Assembly: GCA_024720975.1 (NCBI GenBank) | Contig: JANJXX010000003.1 | Coordinates: 64,001-128,000 of the forward strand | Length of the DNA stretch: 64,000 bases | Source of the DNA: Thermoproteota archaeon | GTDB taxonomy: Archaea; Asgardarchaeota; Njordarchaeia; Njordarchaeales; Panguiarchaeaceae | Reading direction: 5' to 3' | Part shown: one piece after another, positions 1 through 11,500 of the stretch | Numbering within the stretch: position 1 is the first letter of the stretch | Layout of the letters: every line of letters begins with the position of its first letter | Position numbers and translations under genes: made by a program | The notes under the pieces: model-generated | Database searches by the model: none | Seen by the model: the letters and a program-made list of their open reading frames with translations, nothing else | What the model was told of the DNA's origin: nothing

Positions 1-3000
1 TCTTCAACACCTTCCCAAGGTGATAATAAACCGTATACGTCTTCCTTCTCTGGTCTACCGATTATTGTAAGGTATTCGTCATCGTACTGGCTATCAAGAT
101 AGGCATTTCCAATGTAATCATGGAAGGCATCGGTCCATTCAATATCTATCGTGGCACTGAGATCTTTAGTGCCACCACCTCCAAACCAAATGGAGTACGA
201 TGGCAGACTTGATGGAGCATCCTGTATCTGGGGTGATATGTAGTATTGCGCGGGGTCATGTGCTAGTGGATTAGAATTCTTATCTAGTGCTTTTAATTCT
301 TCAGCCTCACTAGATTTGTATGAACCACTTGTCCAGCTTCCTGTTGATGGCGGATCATCACCAGTATCATTGTCTTCGAAGAATATTGGATCATCATCCC
401 ATACTATCAACATTGAGTAATATACTAGCCATTCAGGACTCATAGGCACCTCTATCTTAAAGTATACTGTAACATACACCCATTGGTTGAAGTCTATGGC
501 TGGGGAAAGCCCCGACATACCTTTGAATTTTATCGTATTTGCTAATGAGGAGGTATCGTATATTCCTGTGAAGTTTAGTTTGCTGAGTTTGACATCGCGT
601 ATGTAGCATCCCCAAATCTTTAGATCAAACGTTACGTTTACTATGCTAAAGTTGTAGCAGTGATATTTTACCATGCTCCACAGCCAATCTTTAAGTGTGG
701 TGTTTGAGAAACCGCGAAATCTATTTACTCTCCAAAGTCTGACTTGTACATCAAAGTAGCTATCTTTACCAGCTTCCATGGTTAGATTGTTTATATACAC
801 CTCACCAAAGAAGTCATCTAATGTCCCAGAGGCTTGTTGGCCAGCTTTGCTACCAAAGTGATATCTTCCATTATAAACCAACAGAGCCTTAAAGTTCTCG
901 AGTCCTACATTAAATCCTAAGCTACCCACGGCCTGGTGATAATTAAGGAGAATCCAGTTATAGTTCCACAGATTTATATTGCTTGGATTATTATTCCACA
1001 CTGGAACTGCATAATTAGCAGCATTTTCGATGCCTCCATATAGGTCATTTGTGTAGTACGTTCCATAACCTATCGGTACAAGAGCAACAGCATCGGCATT
1101 TATGCCATTGACGTAAGTTTTAACCATTGAGTTTAATGCCGTTTGAATGACATCGGGTGTTATGATGAACATGAATTTCGCAGATAGTGCTTCAAGATTG
1201 CTTATATTAACACCGAATATTTCAAGATCTATCTTAGTACTCGCCCATACGTTTATTGACCATCCTTTTAAGGTTGCATCTAGGAACTCTTGTAAGTATC
1301 TGTTCTTAAGAAATACTATCTCTATCGTTACATTCGAAGGGACCCCGGCCCTCAGATCCGCTACTCCAACTATTTTTTGTATTCCAAAAGCCGTGTATGT
1401 GTTAAGAGGCTCCATGTGTAGAATTGTCTCCATTCTAAGTATTTTTATGTTCAGAGAGCTTTGCACTGGTTCAATTAATCTTATGGTAGCAGAAAGCTTA
1501 TCCTCACCAATTACCTTCCAAGATAAGTTCTCGGTGCTGTATCTAATTACATTGTTTAATAAAGCCGATGCATCAACTTCACCCTGCATTAGGGCTTCGT
1601 AGTAATCGCTTACGCAGTATCGAGTGTTGTTATACTTGAAGTTTATTTCAAGTACTAAGTAGTTCGAATCAAAGAGCCTTATTCTTACTGAGCCCCAAAC
1701 GTCCATTGTAACATTCTTTTTCACGAGCAGATCCTGTAAAAATCCTTGAAGTGCAATTCTGTTTGACTTGAATATAGTTACGTTTACACCAAACGTTGTG
1801 TTTTTATCCAAACTTAATTCTAGGTATGAAATGAATACGTTAGCTACTTTGACGCCGCCATATAGTATATCCACACTTAGGTTGTTAACTTCTACAGGTA
1901 TCTTAGACTTGGACACAGTCACATTGATATTTAGCAGCGCTGTTGAATAATCTTCCCCTAGTACTGTTATACTTCCTACAGTCATATTGAACATACTCAA
2001 AACGGTTTCTTGAACACCTGAAGACTCTAGTTGTTCACTTACGTTCCAACCGAATACCTGTCTGAGTGATATGTTTTGGACGGTGATTCCAAAGAGGCTG
2101 ATTCTGCCAACTCTTGCGTCTACATTAATCTCGATGTTGTAGTTGTTTATTAAGTTCATGAGAAATTCTGCCGTTTTTGGTCTGTCCGCGAGCATTATAT
2201 ATGCGACTATTGTGGTATTACCTAAGGCCGCTTCGATCTTAGGAACATTTATTTTGGCCACTACAGTATTGTCTTTGATTAATTTAGCATTTATATCATA
2301 CGCTGCGAACGATATGTTGAATCTATTCATAAAGTCTACTTCCGCACTAAGAACATAATATTTAACTTGATCCTGCTGATCATAGAAGCTACCAACGTAG
2401 TTGAGACTCTTGTACGCGATAAGCGATTTAAAGTCTACTGGTACTATTCCGGCGCTCGCGTTTGTGGCCGACATGTTAAAGGTTAAACCTTTTAAGTCTA
2501 GAGACAAATTCAAGGTTAAATATTGTGTTGAGCTGTCAAATAGTTGGACCACTATAGATCCGTTAACATTAACAACAGCGTTATTACCCGCTAGATAATC
2601 TTCAATAAACTTTCTAAGTGCAGGCGAACCTTTGAAGATTGTAATATCTAAGGATATACTTGTTGGCTGAATGGGTGATAATACCATATTGTTGCCACGC
2701 AGTCTGGCGATCTTACCTAGATCATTGCTGACGTCAAGGTTCATTTCATGCACTTTAATATAAACAGGCGTGCTATTGATGCTAAGACTAACTGTTACGT
2801 TTGCTGTGTATTCATCCTCACCCCAAACTTTTACTTGATCTATACCATATAGTGGAAAGAGGCTAGGCGTTATAGTGTTTGCTCCAGTGTTTATTTGCTG
2901 CGAGAGATTCATTGCTTGACAGAGGTTGTAATCGAAGCTTAGGTCATCTATTTCCGCTCCTAGGAATAGCAAGTCCGTAGAACCTCTTATTGTTACATTT

Positions 3001-6000
3001 ATGACGCCTCCAGAGATTATACTTTCCAGCAAGTCCTTTGCTCCTGGATTATCGTATATAGCTAGGTGCACCGATATATTTGACCAGTTATCTGGAAGAA
3101 GTGTATATGGTCTGTTTATGAAGATCTTAAGCGCTTCATAACCTGAATTAGATATCGTGATTTTAGTATCCCCTATAGTTATAGGCGCCGCTATTGGGAT
3201 CTTCAGGGAGGCATTTACCTCTAGGTCATAATATTGTCTAGCACCAAAGGTTTTTTGAGAGATGCCGAGGAGCTTAAACAGATCTTGCAGAGGTATGAAA
3301 GTGTATGGCGAAACTACTGAGCCATTGGCTGAATTATAGGATTCAAGGCTTTGGTTTAATGAGAGTTCTATCGGAATTTCGTTTATCCTGTATCCAAATA
3401 CCATTAAATCGAGTTTTCCAGAGACGTTGACACAAAGTATTTTCCTTTCAACAATATCTCTAATGAGTTTCTCTAAGGGTAAATTGTTCGGTCTGTATAA
3501 GAGAACTATCGTAGCATTTACTTTCGAAGTTGCTCCGCGGGTCATTTCCGCACCTGGAACTAGAACGTAACCAATTGATCCAAAGTTGTTTTCGAGCGTT
3601 AAGTTTAGGTTATAAATAGATACGCTTATTGGAACTTCTGTGATGCTGATGGATACATTAACCTCGAACTTCTGTCCATCGTAGTTCGTCGAGACAAGCT
3701 GAGCATTGGTAACGTTTATCAATGGCGCGGCAGCGGTTGCTTGTGGGAGCTCTTGCTTTGATAGATCGGCGAAGATTTTACTTGCAAGTGATATCTGTGA
3801 TATATTTAGTCCAAATAAGGATATTGATGCTACACCGCTAATTGTTACATTGATGCATCTCTGCCGTAGCAATTCCTCTAGAAAACTTTGAGTTGCTGGT
3901 GTATCCTTAATTTCTAGATATATTTTCATGGTTACATTTTGACCAGGAGCCACACTATAGGAGCCTGCAGAACATATTTCCGCAACTGTATAATCTCTAT
4001 AAATTACCTTGAAGCTTAGATATTCAATTCCCAGAGAGACATTAATGAAATTGTTGAATACATACTCAATTAGGAGCGTTCTTGGTCCTGTTTGCTCAAA
4101 CCTCTTAAGCGCCAGGATATTCTCTATATTAAGGGGAACTATTGATTCCGATAATGAGTCTGAGGATGACGTGTAACTTACGTTTTTAAGACTTATTTGA
4201 ACGGTAAAGTTCCATTCTAAGAGTTTCAAATATGCAGACACATTTAAGTCAACTATGGCATCCCCCTCGATGAGATCACCAATTATTTCTGCTGTGACAT
4301 CCTTCTTGTAGAATAGTACTTCAATTACGATGTTCATGAAATCCTTACTAAGATCAAGTGAGTCTACAAATACAGCCTCTATTGCTTTCTCTCCTCCCTT
4401 GCTTAAAACTGCTTTTAAGTCCCACACAGTGACAGGTAGCATGTACTCATTCGTTAGGTTTAGCTTTATCAAGATTTTTGCTAAGGTGGCGTTTTCCATT
4501 AATGTATCTATGTATAACTTATTTATTTTGAGTCGCCCAAGTGGCAAAGGACTTGATCCAAGGCTCTGCTGTCCGACGAGTTCTGTGCTTAACCTGTATG
4601 CGAGATTATATGTGATATTAACATTTATCACTTCAATACCATAGAATGTTATGTTCCCGTAACCCTTGATGGATGCATTGAAAATGCTATTTTCTATTAG
4701 ATCCTTAAGAAACTTATAAGTCTCATTCCTGCTAAATACATACATGTCGACTATTAAACTGGATGTTTCTTTCGGTCGCACCAGAGCATCGCTTATGAAC
4801 ACTCTAGCAACGGTAAGTTGATCTCTGATTACTTCTATTGAGAATGGCCCAACAGCGGCATCTACTCCGTACGGGTTCTTGAATGAAATTGATGTATTGA
4901 AATGATATGCTTTTATACCATTGATTATTTCCTCGCCTATGTACTTAAATTTATCTATGCTTACAGCAAGATTTGGAAGGGCACTAGCTTCGATAATCGC
5001 TTGAGTATTAGGAATTGATGTTATGTTGCTTAGCTTGAATGGCAAGGTTACATTCACGCCAAATATTTCGGCTGTGACTTCTCCACTTATTACTAGCGAG
5101 TGAAGTTTACCCTCGATTATTCTCTTAAGAACCTCTGCTGTGTACTCTTTATTTGATTTGTGTATCTTTATGTAAGCTTTTATTTGTTTTCCGTTGACAG
5201 TATTATACAAATCTATTGTAGAGTTTGAGCTCAAAGTTATTGCTGGAAGACTCCAGCCAATAAGCGATATATTCACTTCATACTGAAATACCTTTACGGG
5301 CAAGTGATCAAGCCTAGCCGAAAGAGATATCTCTAGCAACGTCTCACTTTGATTGTCATAAATTATGGAAATATCCTCTAGATCTAAACCTCCTAGTCCA
5401 CCTATATCCTGATATCCACCCACGCCAACACTATCAGTTATATTCACTAGTAGTCTTTGGATAAACGTTATTTGTGGAAATTCTACCCCAAATATTTTGA
5501 TGCCCACTCTTCCATCGATTGAAGCATTTATAAGCCCATTACAAGCCAGATCAACCAAGAAGTTTCTCATAGCCTCCTTTCCTTTGAATATGTATATGCT
5601 TACGCTTAGGAGTGTTACTTTCTTGCTTTCCAGTATGTATCTATCTTTCAACATAATTTTTACTAGTCTCTGACCATCTCTGCTTAAGTATATGCTTGCA
5701 TCCCAAAATTCTACCGTTATTCCCATCGTATTGTTAAATGTTACATTTACATCAAATCTAAAGGCATCCTCACCATCAACCTTTGTCTCTCCTGCATATT
5801 TAAATCCCGCGATACGGAATAGATTACTCAACCTAATTGAAGACAGAACTGACTGTTGAGTTTCCTCGGATGACATATCTATGCGAAAGTCTTTGAATGT
5901 TATCACTCCAAAGTCCCAATCAAATAACGACAAAGCTAATGTGGCATCTACGTATAATTCACTAACGTTACCATAAACTAAGCTTCTAATCATATCTACA

Positions 6001-8540
6001 AATTCACTCGATTCGTTACGAAGCACTATTTTTAATATCACATCCTTGTTACCTGGTCCTCTTATTGGTTCCTCGAGTATAACTTGAACTGGCGGATTTA
6101 TGCAGTCCTTCCTTAGGCTCACATCAGCAATTAGAAGACTTATAACCATCGGTATAGGTATATCAACAACTGTCTTTATGCGTATTTCGATTCGATTTGG
6201 ATACTCGGTCACATCAAGGAGCTCAACACTTCCACCGCCATAAGTCGATGTTATATCTTTCGTTCCTAAGAGCGTTAATGAGTCCATTAGCGAAACTACA
6301 AAATTCGTCTGAAAGTCTTCTAGGTTTATCTCAACTCCACCTAAGCATGCGGTAATATTTCCACGTATGATCACATTAACTGCTTTTCCATGAAGTGTAT
6401 CGTTTAAGAATTGACGTGCAGATTCCGTCTTGAATATATGTACATTAACAGCAATCAATCTTGATTCGAACTGTGGGATTCGAGTGGATTGCGGTATGAC
6501 AATTTCTAGTGCAGGTTCAATACTATTCGGAGGATATACATAGAGGTCTCCAGGTCCTATGTCTAATTCTGCACCAAATGGGTTAGTTATTGTCGCGTTA
6601 ACATATATTGCATAGCCCTCTAGATTATTAATGACAACTTTACCAGCATATTTAATGCCACTAATCTTGTAGAACTTAGATGCTTCTCCTGCTACTGGGA
6701 CACTACCACTGGAGAGGGAAATCATGCCCCCTCCTGCGCGTATAGGGACGCTATAGAACATTCTGCTGAGAAACTTCATGTCAATTGAACCAATGAACAT
6801 TACATCACTAGTCCACGTGCCTTTGATGAAAGATTTTATAAATTCACCTATGTCTGGAGAGTCTTTTCTGATTCTTATCTCTATTGTTGGCTGGCAAGTT
6901 ACTAGTCCTGTTTCTGACTCTTGATTAAGGTCTATATTTCTGATTTTCACACTTCCTATAGTACTAGAGTTGTATACTATGTTACCTCTAATTTCATATA
7001 TTGCCAAGGGCATTCTTTTATAGGTCAGTGTAACAAGCGAGTTGACTATGAGGTATTTATCTGTTGCGGTTATATTATACTTCATATCAGTTATATTGAA
7101 CCCAGCCATAAGGCTCGATAAGTCGAACCCCTGCCTCATGAATTCGCCCATATCTACTGCAGGAGCACTCACTTGACTAGTAGAGAATGTAGATAGGTCT
7201 ATCTTTTCTATCCATACGCCAGCAAAGTATACATCGGCTGTACCTGCCAAAGAGGCACTAAATTCATTGTTGTAGAGTAACCGGTTTAAGAATGCGTGTA
7301 AGTTCTCATTGTCTATAAAATCTGCACTTATGCGGAATGACCTGTTCTCATTAGGACTTACCAAGATTTTCTCATCTATTCTTACATTAAGAATTGATTC
7401 ATCATTTTCCCCTAGTAGATCAATGTATAGTGGTCCAAAACCTATCGTCCAGTTTAATTTGTTCGTTAGTTCGATCGCTACATCAAATGAGTGCCTTACT
7501 TCACTTCCGATGATTTGTTCCCCTAAGTAGCTTATATCTAGATTGCTGATTCGAAGATTCTTACTCAGCAACTTAAATATCGCATCAAATATTGATGATG
7601 AAGCCCCTGGGGATTGCACTGGTGATAGAAAACCAGAGAATTGAGATATGTCAAATTTTACCTCTGAATTTTCGACCTCTATTCCAAATATCTTCAAGGA
7701 GAGACTTCCTCTTAGCTTGCCACTGACTTTACCCTCTTTTATTGCAAGATTCAGGAAGTTTTCCAGGGCGCTTCCCTTTATAAAACGCAGATGTATTGAT
7801 GTACTGAAGTTACCACTTGCTGAGTCTAGGATGTATTCCGGTATGGTTATATCAAGCACACGGCCGAGACTAGTTAGCAAGCTTAAACTGACATCCCTAA
7901 TTTCTACGGTACCCACTTGGAGTAACTCGGTTGGAACGAAGCCACTTACGAATACCTTTGCCTCGCAGAAGCTTTTTGTCTCGTTAGTGAGTTCGATCTC
8001 TTTGATCTCAAAACTTGGGAAGAAGCTCGAAATCGAGATCGATGCACCGCCTCCTGCCGGGCTTAGGTCAATTAGATCTTTTAACGAAATGTCTAATGGT
8101 ATTCTAATAGCCTCTATCACCCCAAATAGTGATATCGGATATTCAACCCTTATTTTAGCATCTATTTGTTGGGAGGCTAGGTATGTCCTTATTAGTCTCT
8201 TCGTTGCCTCAGTTTTATATAATTTTAATGATACCGTTGATATACCCAACTGACCTGGATCTAGTGTTATTGGACTAAGGTATCCAATACCTATTAACCC
8301 ATCCGTCTGCGAATCTAATACTTTGAAGTTTATTGCAGGAACCCTCGTAGGTAACCAGTGATTGTTTCTAATCAACATCTTTATGCTTAATATGCTAGAA
8401 TCTTTCGTCTCACCAACGAATCTTATGGAGAGGGGCTTGAAGTCCATACCAAGGAGGGGCACTACTGAAATTACATTTACGGCAATATTACCTATAATTA
8501 GCAATATTACAATCGTCAATACTTTTCTCTTAAAGGTCAT
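1..8540 (-). CDS. Giant membrane-anchored protein (>2846 aa, 3' end outside window) with ~18 tandem LEA_2/WHy-like domains
   Basis: ATG at 8540 with GGTGA SD at 8546-8550. N-terminus MTFKRKVLTIVILLIIGNIAVNVISVVPLL (basic + hydrophobic). The same frame reads open in the many segments translated by hand down to position 3 (...GRPEKEDVYGLLSPWEGVE). Recurrent N-P/N-x loop and FG hairpin motifs about every 430 nt. Not in the ORF track because there is no stop in the window. Confidence 0.9.
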   Translation of the reverse strand, partial: MTFKRKVLTIVILLIIGNIAVNVISVVPLLGMDFKPLSIRFVGETKDSSILSIKMLIRNNHWLPTRVPAINFKVLDSQTDGLIGIGYLSPITLDPGQLGISTVSLKLYKTEATKRLIRTYLASQQIDAKIRVEYPISLFGVIEAIRIPLDISLKDLIDLSPAGGGASISISSFFPSFEIKEIELTNETKSFCEAKVFVSGFVPTELLQVGTVEIRDVSLSLLTSLGRVLDITIPEYILDSASGNFSTSIHLRFIKGSALENFLNLAIKEGKVSGKLRGSLSLKIFGIEVENSEVKFDISQFSGFLSPVQSPGASSSIFDAIFKLLSKNLRISNLDISYLGEQIIGSEVRHSFDVAIELTNKLNWTIGFGPLYIDLLGENDESILNVRIDEKILVSPNENRSFRISADFIDNENLHAFLNRLLYNNEFSASLAGTADVYFAGVWIEKIDLSTFSTSQVSAPAVDMGEFMRQGFDLSSLMAGFNITDMKYNITATDKYLIVNSLVTLTYKRMPLAIYEIRGNIVYNSSTIGSVKIRNIDLNQESETGLVTCQPTIEIRIRKDSPDIGEFIKSFIKGTWTSDVMFIGSIDMKFLSRMFYSVPIRAGGGMISLSSGSVPVAGEASKFYKISGIKYAGKVVINNLEGYAIYVNATITNPFGAELDIGPGDLYVYPPNSIEPALEIVIPQSTRIPQFESRLIAVNVHIFKTESARQFLNDTLHGKAVNVIIRGNITACLGGVEINLEDFQTNFVVSLMDSLTLLGTKDITSTYGGGSVELLDVTEYPNRIEIRIKTVVDIPIPMVISLLIADVSLRKDCINPPVQVILEEPIRGPGNKDVILKIVLRNESSEFVDMIRSLVYGNVSELYVDATLALSLFDWDFGVITFKDFRIDMSSEETQQSVLSSIRLSNLFRIAGFKYAGETKVDGEDAFRFDVNVTFNNTMGITVEFWDASIYLSRDGQRLVKIMLKDRYILESKKVTLLSVSIYIFKGKEAMRNFLVDLACNGLINASIDGRVGIKIFGVEFPQITFIQRLLVNITDSVGVGGYQDIGGLGGLDLEDISIIYDNQSETLLEISLSARLDHLPVKVFQYEVNISLIGWSLPAITLSSNSTIDLYNTVNGKQIKAYIKIHKSNKEYTAEVLKRIIEGKLHSLVISGEVTAEIFGVNVTLPFKLSNITSIPNTQAIIEASALPNLAVSIDKFKYIGEEIINGIKAYHFNTSISFKNPYGVDAAVGPFSIEVIRDQLTVARVFISDALVRPKETSSLIVDMYVFSRNETYKFLKDLIENSIFNASIKGYGNITFYGIEVINVNITYNLAYRLSTELVGQQSLGSSPLPLGRLKINKLYIDTLMENATLAKILIKLNLTNEYMLPVTVWDLKAVLSKGGEKAIEAVFVDSLDLSKDFMNIVIEVLFYKKDVTAEIIGDLIEGDAIVDLNVSAYLKLLEWNFTVQISLKNVSYTSSSDSLSESIVPLNIENILALKRFEQTGPRTLLIEYVFNNFINVSLGIEYLSFKVIYRDYTVAEICSAGSYSVAPGQNVTMKIYLEIKDTPATQSFLEELLRQRCINVTISGVASISLFGLNISQISLASKIFADLSKQELPQATAAAPLINVTNAQLVSTNYDGQKFEVNVSISITEVPISVSIYNLNLTLENNFGSIGYVLVPGAEMTRGATSKVNATIVLLYRPNNLPLEKLIRDIVERKILCVNVSGKLDLMVFGYRINEIPIELSLNQSLESYNSANGSVVSPYTFIPLQDLFKLLGISQKTFGARQYYDLEVNASLKIPIAAPITIGDTKITISNSGYEALKIFINRPYTLLPDNWSNISVHLAIYDNPGAKDLLESIISGGVINVTIRGSTDLLFLGAEIDDLSFDYNLCQAMNLSQQINTGANTITPSLFPLYGIDQVKVWGEDEYTANVTVSLSINSTPVYIKVHEMNLDVSNDLGKIARLRGNNMVLSPIQPTSISLDITIFKGSPALRKFIEDYLAGNNAVVNVNGSIVVQLFDSSTQYLTLNLSLDLKGLTFNMSATNASAGIVPVDFKSLIAYKSLNYVGSFYDQQDQVKYYVLSAEVDFMNRFNISFAAYDINAKLIKDNTVVAKINVPKIEAALGNTTIVAYIMLADRPKTAEFLMNLINNYNIEINVDARVGRISLFGITVQNISLRQVFGWNVSEQLESSGVQETVLSMFNMTVGSITVLGEDYSTALLNINVTVSKSKIPVEVNNLSVDILYGGVKVANVFISYLELSLDKNTTFGVNVTIFKSNRIALQGFLQDLLVKKNVTMDVWGSVRIRLFDSNYLVLEINFKYNNTRYCVSDYYEALMQGEVDASALLNNVIRYSTENLSWKVIGEDKLSATIRLIEPVQSSLNIKILRMETILHMEPLNTYTAFGIQKIVGVADLRAGVPSNVTIEIVFLKNRYLQEFLDATLKGWSINVWASTKIDLEIFGVNISNLEALSAKFMFIITPDVIQTALNSMVKTYVNGINADAVALVPIGYGTYYTNDLYGGIENAANYAVPVWNNNPSNINLWNYNWILLNYHQAVGSLGFNVGLENFKALLVYNGRYHFGSKAGQQASGTLDDFFGEVYINNLTMEAGKDSYFDVQVRLWRVNRFRGFSNTTLKDWLWSMVKYHCYNFSIVNVTFDLKIWGCYIRDVKLSKLNFTGIYDTSSLANTIKFKGMSGLSPAIDFNQWVYVTVYFKIEVPMSPEWLVYYSMLIVWDDDPIFFEDNDTGDDPPSTGSWTSGSYKSSEAEELKALDKNSNPLAHDPAQYYISPQIQDAPSSLPSYSIWFGGGGTKDLSATIDIEWTDAFHDYIGNAYLDSQYDDEYLTIIGRPEKEDVYGLLSPWEGVE

Positions 8541-8550
8541 ATACTTCACC

Positions 8551-11500
8551 TTAAAGATCTAATTCTTCCGATTCGAATATCTCCAAGAACTCTTTCTCAA
8601 TCTCTTCATAGCTTATTTCTCCTGTCACTGGCGCGGCTTTTTCATGGACACTAAACCTACTTCTTGCAATGAACTTTCTGAGAGCTACAAAAATCGCCCC
8701 AACACAACTAAACGTACCAAGAACAATAAGACCATACATTAAACCGGCCTCACGAGCGGGTTTCACTTCAATCAATTTACTAAGCGATTTATCTTTGTAG
8801 TGCCCATTTCCAAGCACTTCGACTTTGATTAAATGCTCCCCATGCGAATCAGGAACCCATATTATCTCTAGAGGTCCATTATAGATCGTTCTCACGAGTA
8901 GCCTATCACCGACAATTATCGACACAATAACACCAGCAACAGGCTCATTATCATTGTCCGTAATATAAACTTTTATCCTAGCTGCATTCCCAATTTCCAA
9001 TACGCTAGGCACATATACCTGGGCGTTCAAATCTTCTTCAAGAATAGTCAATTGCGTTTCAAATGAGCTGCTAGCATGAATACTCGTTGCTGAGCTTTGG
9101 ATAATGAGTACATACTCGCCTGGTTTAAAGCTCATCCTTACTATAATTTTGGCCGTTCCATTTTCATCTGTTATTGTCGTTACCACTGGGTATTTCACAT
9201 TACTACCATTTGAGAGATAAATTGATATAGGTATTCCCGCTAGAGTCTTATTATCTTGATCGATAAGGATAACATAAATTTCTATGAAGTCGCCGTATTC
9301 TACCATTTGGGGTGATAGTGTAGCGATTATCTCGGTAGAAATCGCTTCTATAACCAACGTGATCTTAGGACTATATACTAGCTCATAGAAGTTGCTCATA
9401 AGCTGTATCTCTAGGTAGTATGTTCCTGGTAGAAAATCTACATAGAATGGATAAGCAAGTCGTATTTGTGGTTTTAGAGTACCATTGTAAATGGTGTACA
9501 AGCCGCTGATAACGACGAATACTTGACCTGAATCATCTATAACTTCTTCTCCGTCGTTATCCGTAAGGAGTATTAATAGCTCCGAACTGTGTTGATAAGT
9601 TACAGTCCATGTGTAACTATTTGAGTATACCATCGCCCTTTCTTTGCATACATACACGTAGTACGTATAGCAAGCTTCACCAACATAGAGGTCACTCCAA
9701 ACTTTGACTATTATTGCTATTTGTTGGAGCGGAATGAACATATTCGTATTGACACTAAGAACAGCTGTGCCATCTTTTACCTCCAGGATTTTACACAGAA
9801 CAGTATTTCCTGAAACAATTGTTATATTAGCTATCCCTTGCACTATTGAGCAATAATCGTCATCAAAGGCATGTATTTTTATTAATAAGGAATCTCCCCA
9901 TTCAATGATACTTGCATTAGTACTTATATCGACGCCTTTGAGAACATCCTTCTCGACAATTAAATTGCGCGCCAGTGAAGCTTCATAAAACTTGTCACTT
10001 TCATAGATCATTATAATGTATACGTACTCGCCAGGAGTTAACCATTTCGGATAGCTACTACTGAGAATACGTACTACTAATCGACCGGATAACGAATAAT
10101 TTCCTCCTAGCAAATAGATGTCATCATTTATTACTACATACACCTCGGCGTATGCGTTCACTGGCACACCGAGTTCGGTTGATACATTAGCGCAGATTGT
10201 ACCACCATCAGAGAATACAATTGTAGCGTCGCTTGATTGAATTACCAAGTGAGCTTTGCTTACAGAAACCGCTACAAAGATCTCTGATGGATAATAACTC
10301 CTCACACTGTCCCCATCAAATGCTACACGAATTTCATATTCGCCCTCGGGCAGATTCACAGCCCAGTTTATTATAGCCTTACCAGATCGGTCTGTATACC
10401 CTTCAGCTAGGATTTCTCCTCCGTACGATAGATACACATATGCGTTGGATACAGGATCTCCGAACATATCCACTAGGATTATCTGTGCCACGACTGTCTC
10501 GCTCCAAACCGGCGAATTTGTGCTTAGTGAAATTGTTATGCTCGTTAGTAACCAAACATGTACCCAAACAATGTTAGACTTTGATTTAAATACAGTGTCA
10601 TTGAGACAAAACTCGAGTCTGAGGTAACCCGCTGGCGCGTGCAATGATGCCAGATCCACAACCACTTGACTATTCTCTCCATTATAATATATTTCAATCG
10701 TATGCATTAAGCCACTTGAGTTATACACATTGATGTATACTTTTTGTCCTTCAAGGGGGATAATGCCTCCATCGTTTCGATATGCACTAAATACTATCGT
10801 GATAGTCTCGTTAGCTAGGGCATTTATTTCCGATGCATTGAATGAGAAAATTACCTCTTCCTCCCTAATGGAAAGGCGCAAACAATATACAGAGAATGAG
10901 GAGTCACTTTCCCTATCATTATCCAGATCATAAATTGTTATCTCAATGTCGCAATCCCCAGCACGCAGTGGAGTGTCTATGATTAGAAGCAGCTCGAATA
11001 GAGTTCCATTTGTGTACAATACTTGAGCTTGTTTCACTAGCACTATACTATAAATCTTTATTACTATTGTTTCATTAACTCCGCTTGGATCACTCACAGA
11101 TATTCTAATACTTAGGCCCTCGTCAGCCTCAATAATACCATCTCCAGTGCCACTACTAAGATACTCTGATACACTTACATTGTGTATAACCGGTCCGTCG
11201 ATGTCATCATCTAGAATTTCCCCGTATGTTATGAATGAGCGTGCTACGGCAGCATCTCCCTGCCAATCATTATCTTTATCGTATGCTATTACTTCAAGAG
11301 AGAATGCAGACCCGACATAGTTTATCCAAATATTCCTCGGGATTATAATATATGCCGTATTTCCATTCCAGTAAATTGAATTGTTGTTGTATGTTATTGC
11401 TACATTGTACTTTTGGAAGTACACTATAAATGTCACAGAGCCTACTCCACTTTCTTGATCAGTTATAACGGCCCATATAACTAAGTCCTCGTTACTTGAG

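Noticed and set aside
1147-8562. Plus-strand ORFs listed in the track (e.g. 1147-1602, 7648-8253)
   Set aside because: They are antisense shadows of the giant minus-strand ORF, with no recognisable motifs.
8551-8620. FFAT-like acidic cytoplasmic tail (YEEIEKEFLEIFESEELDL)
   Set aside because: It does not match the EFFDAxE core; more simply an acidic amphipathic helix.
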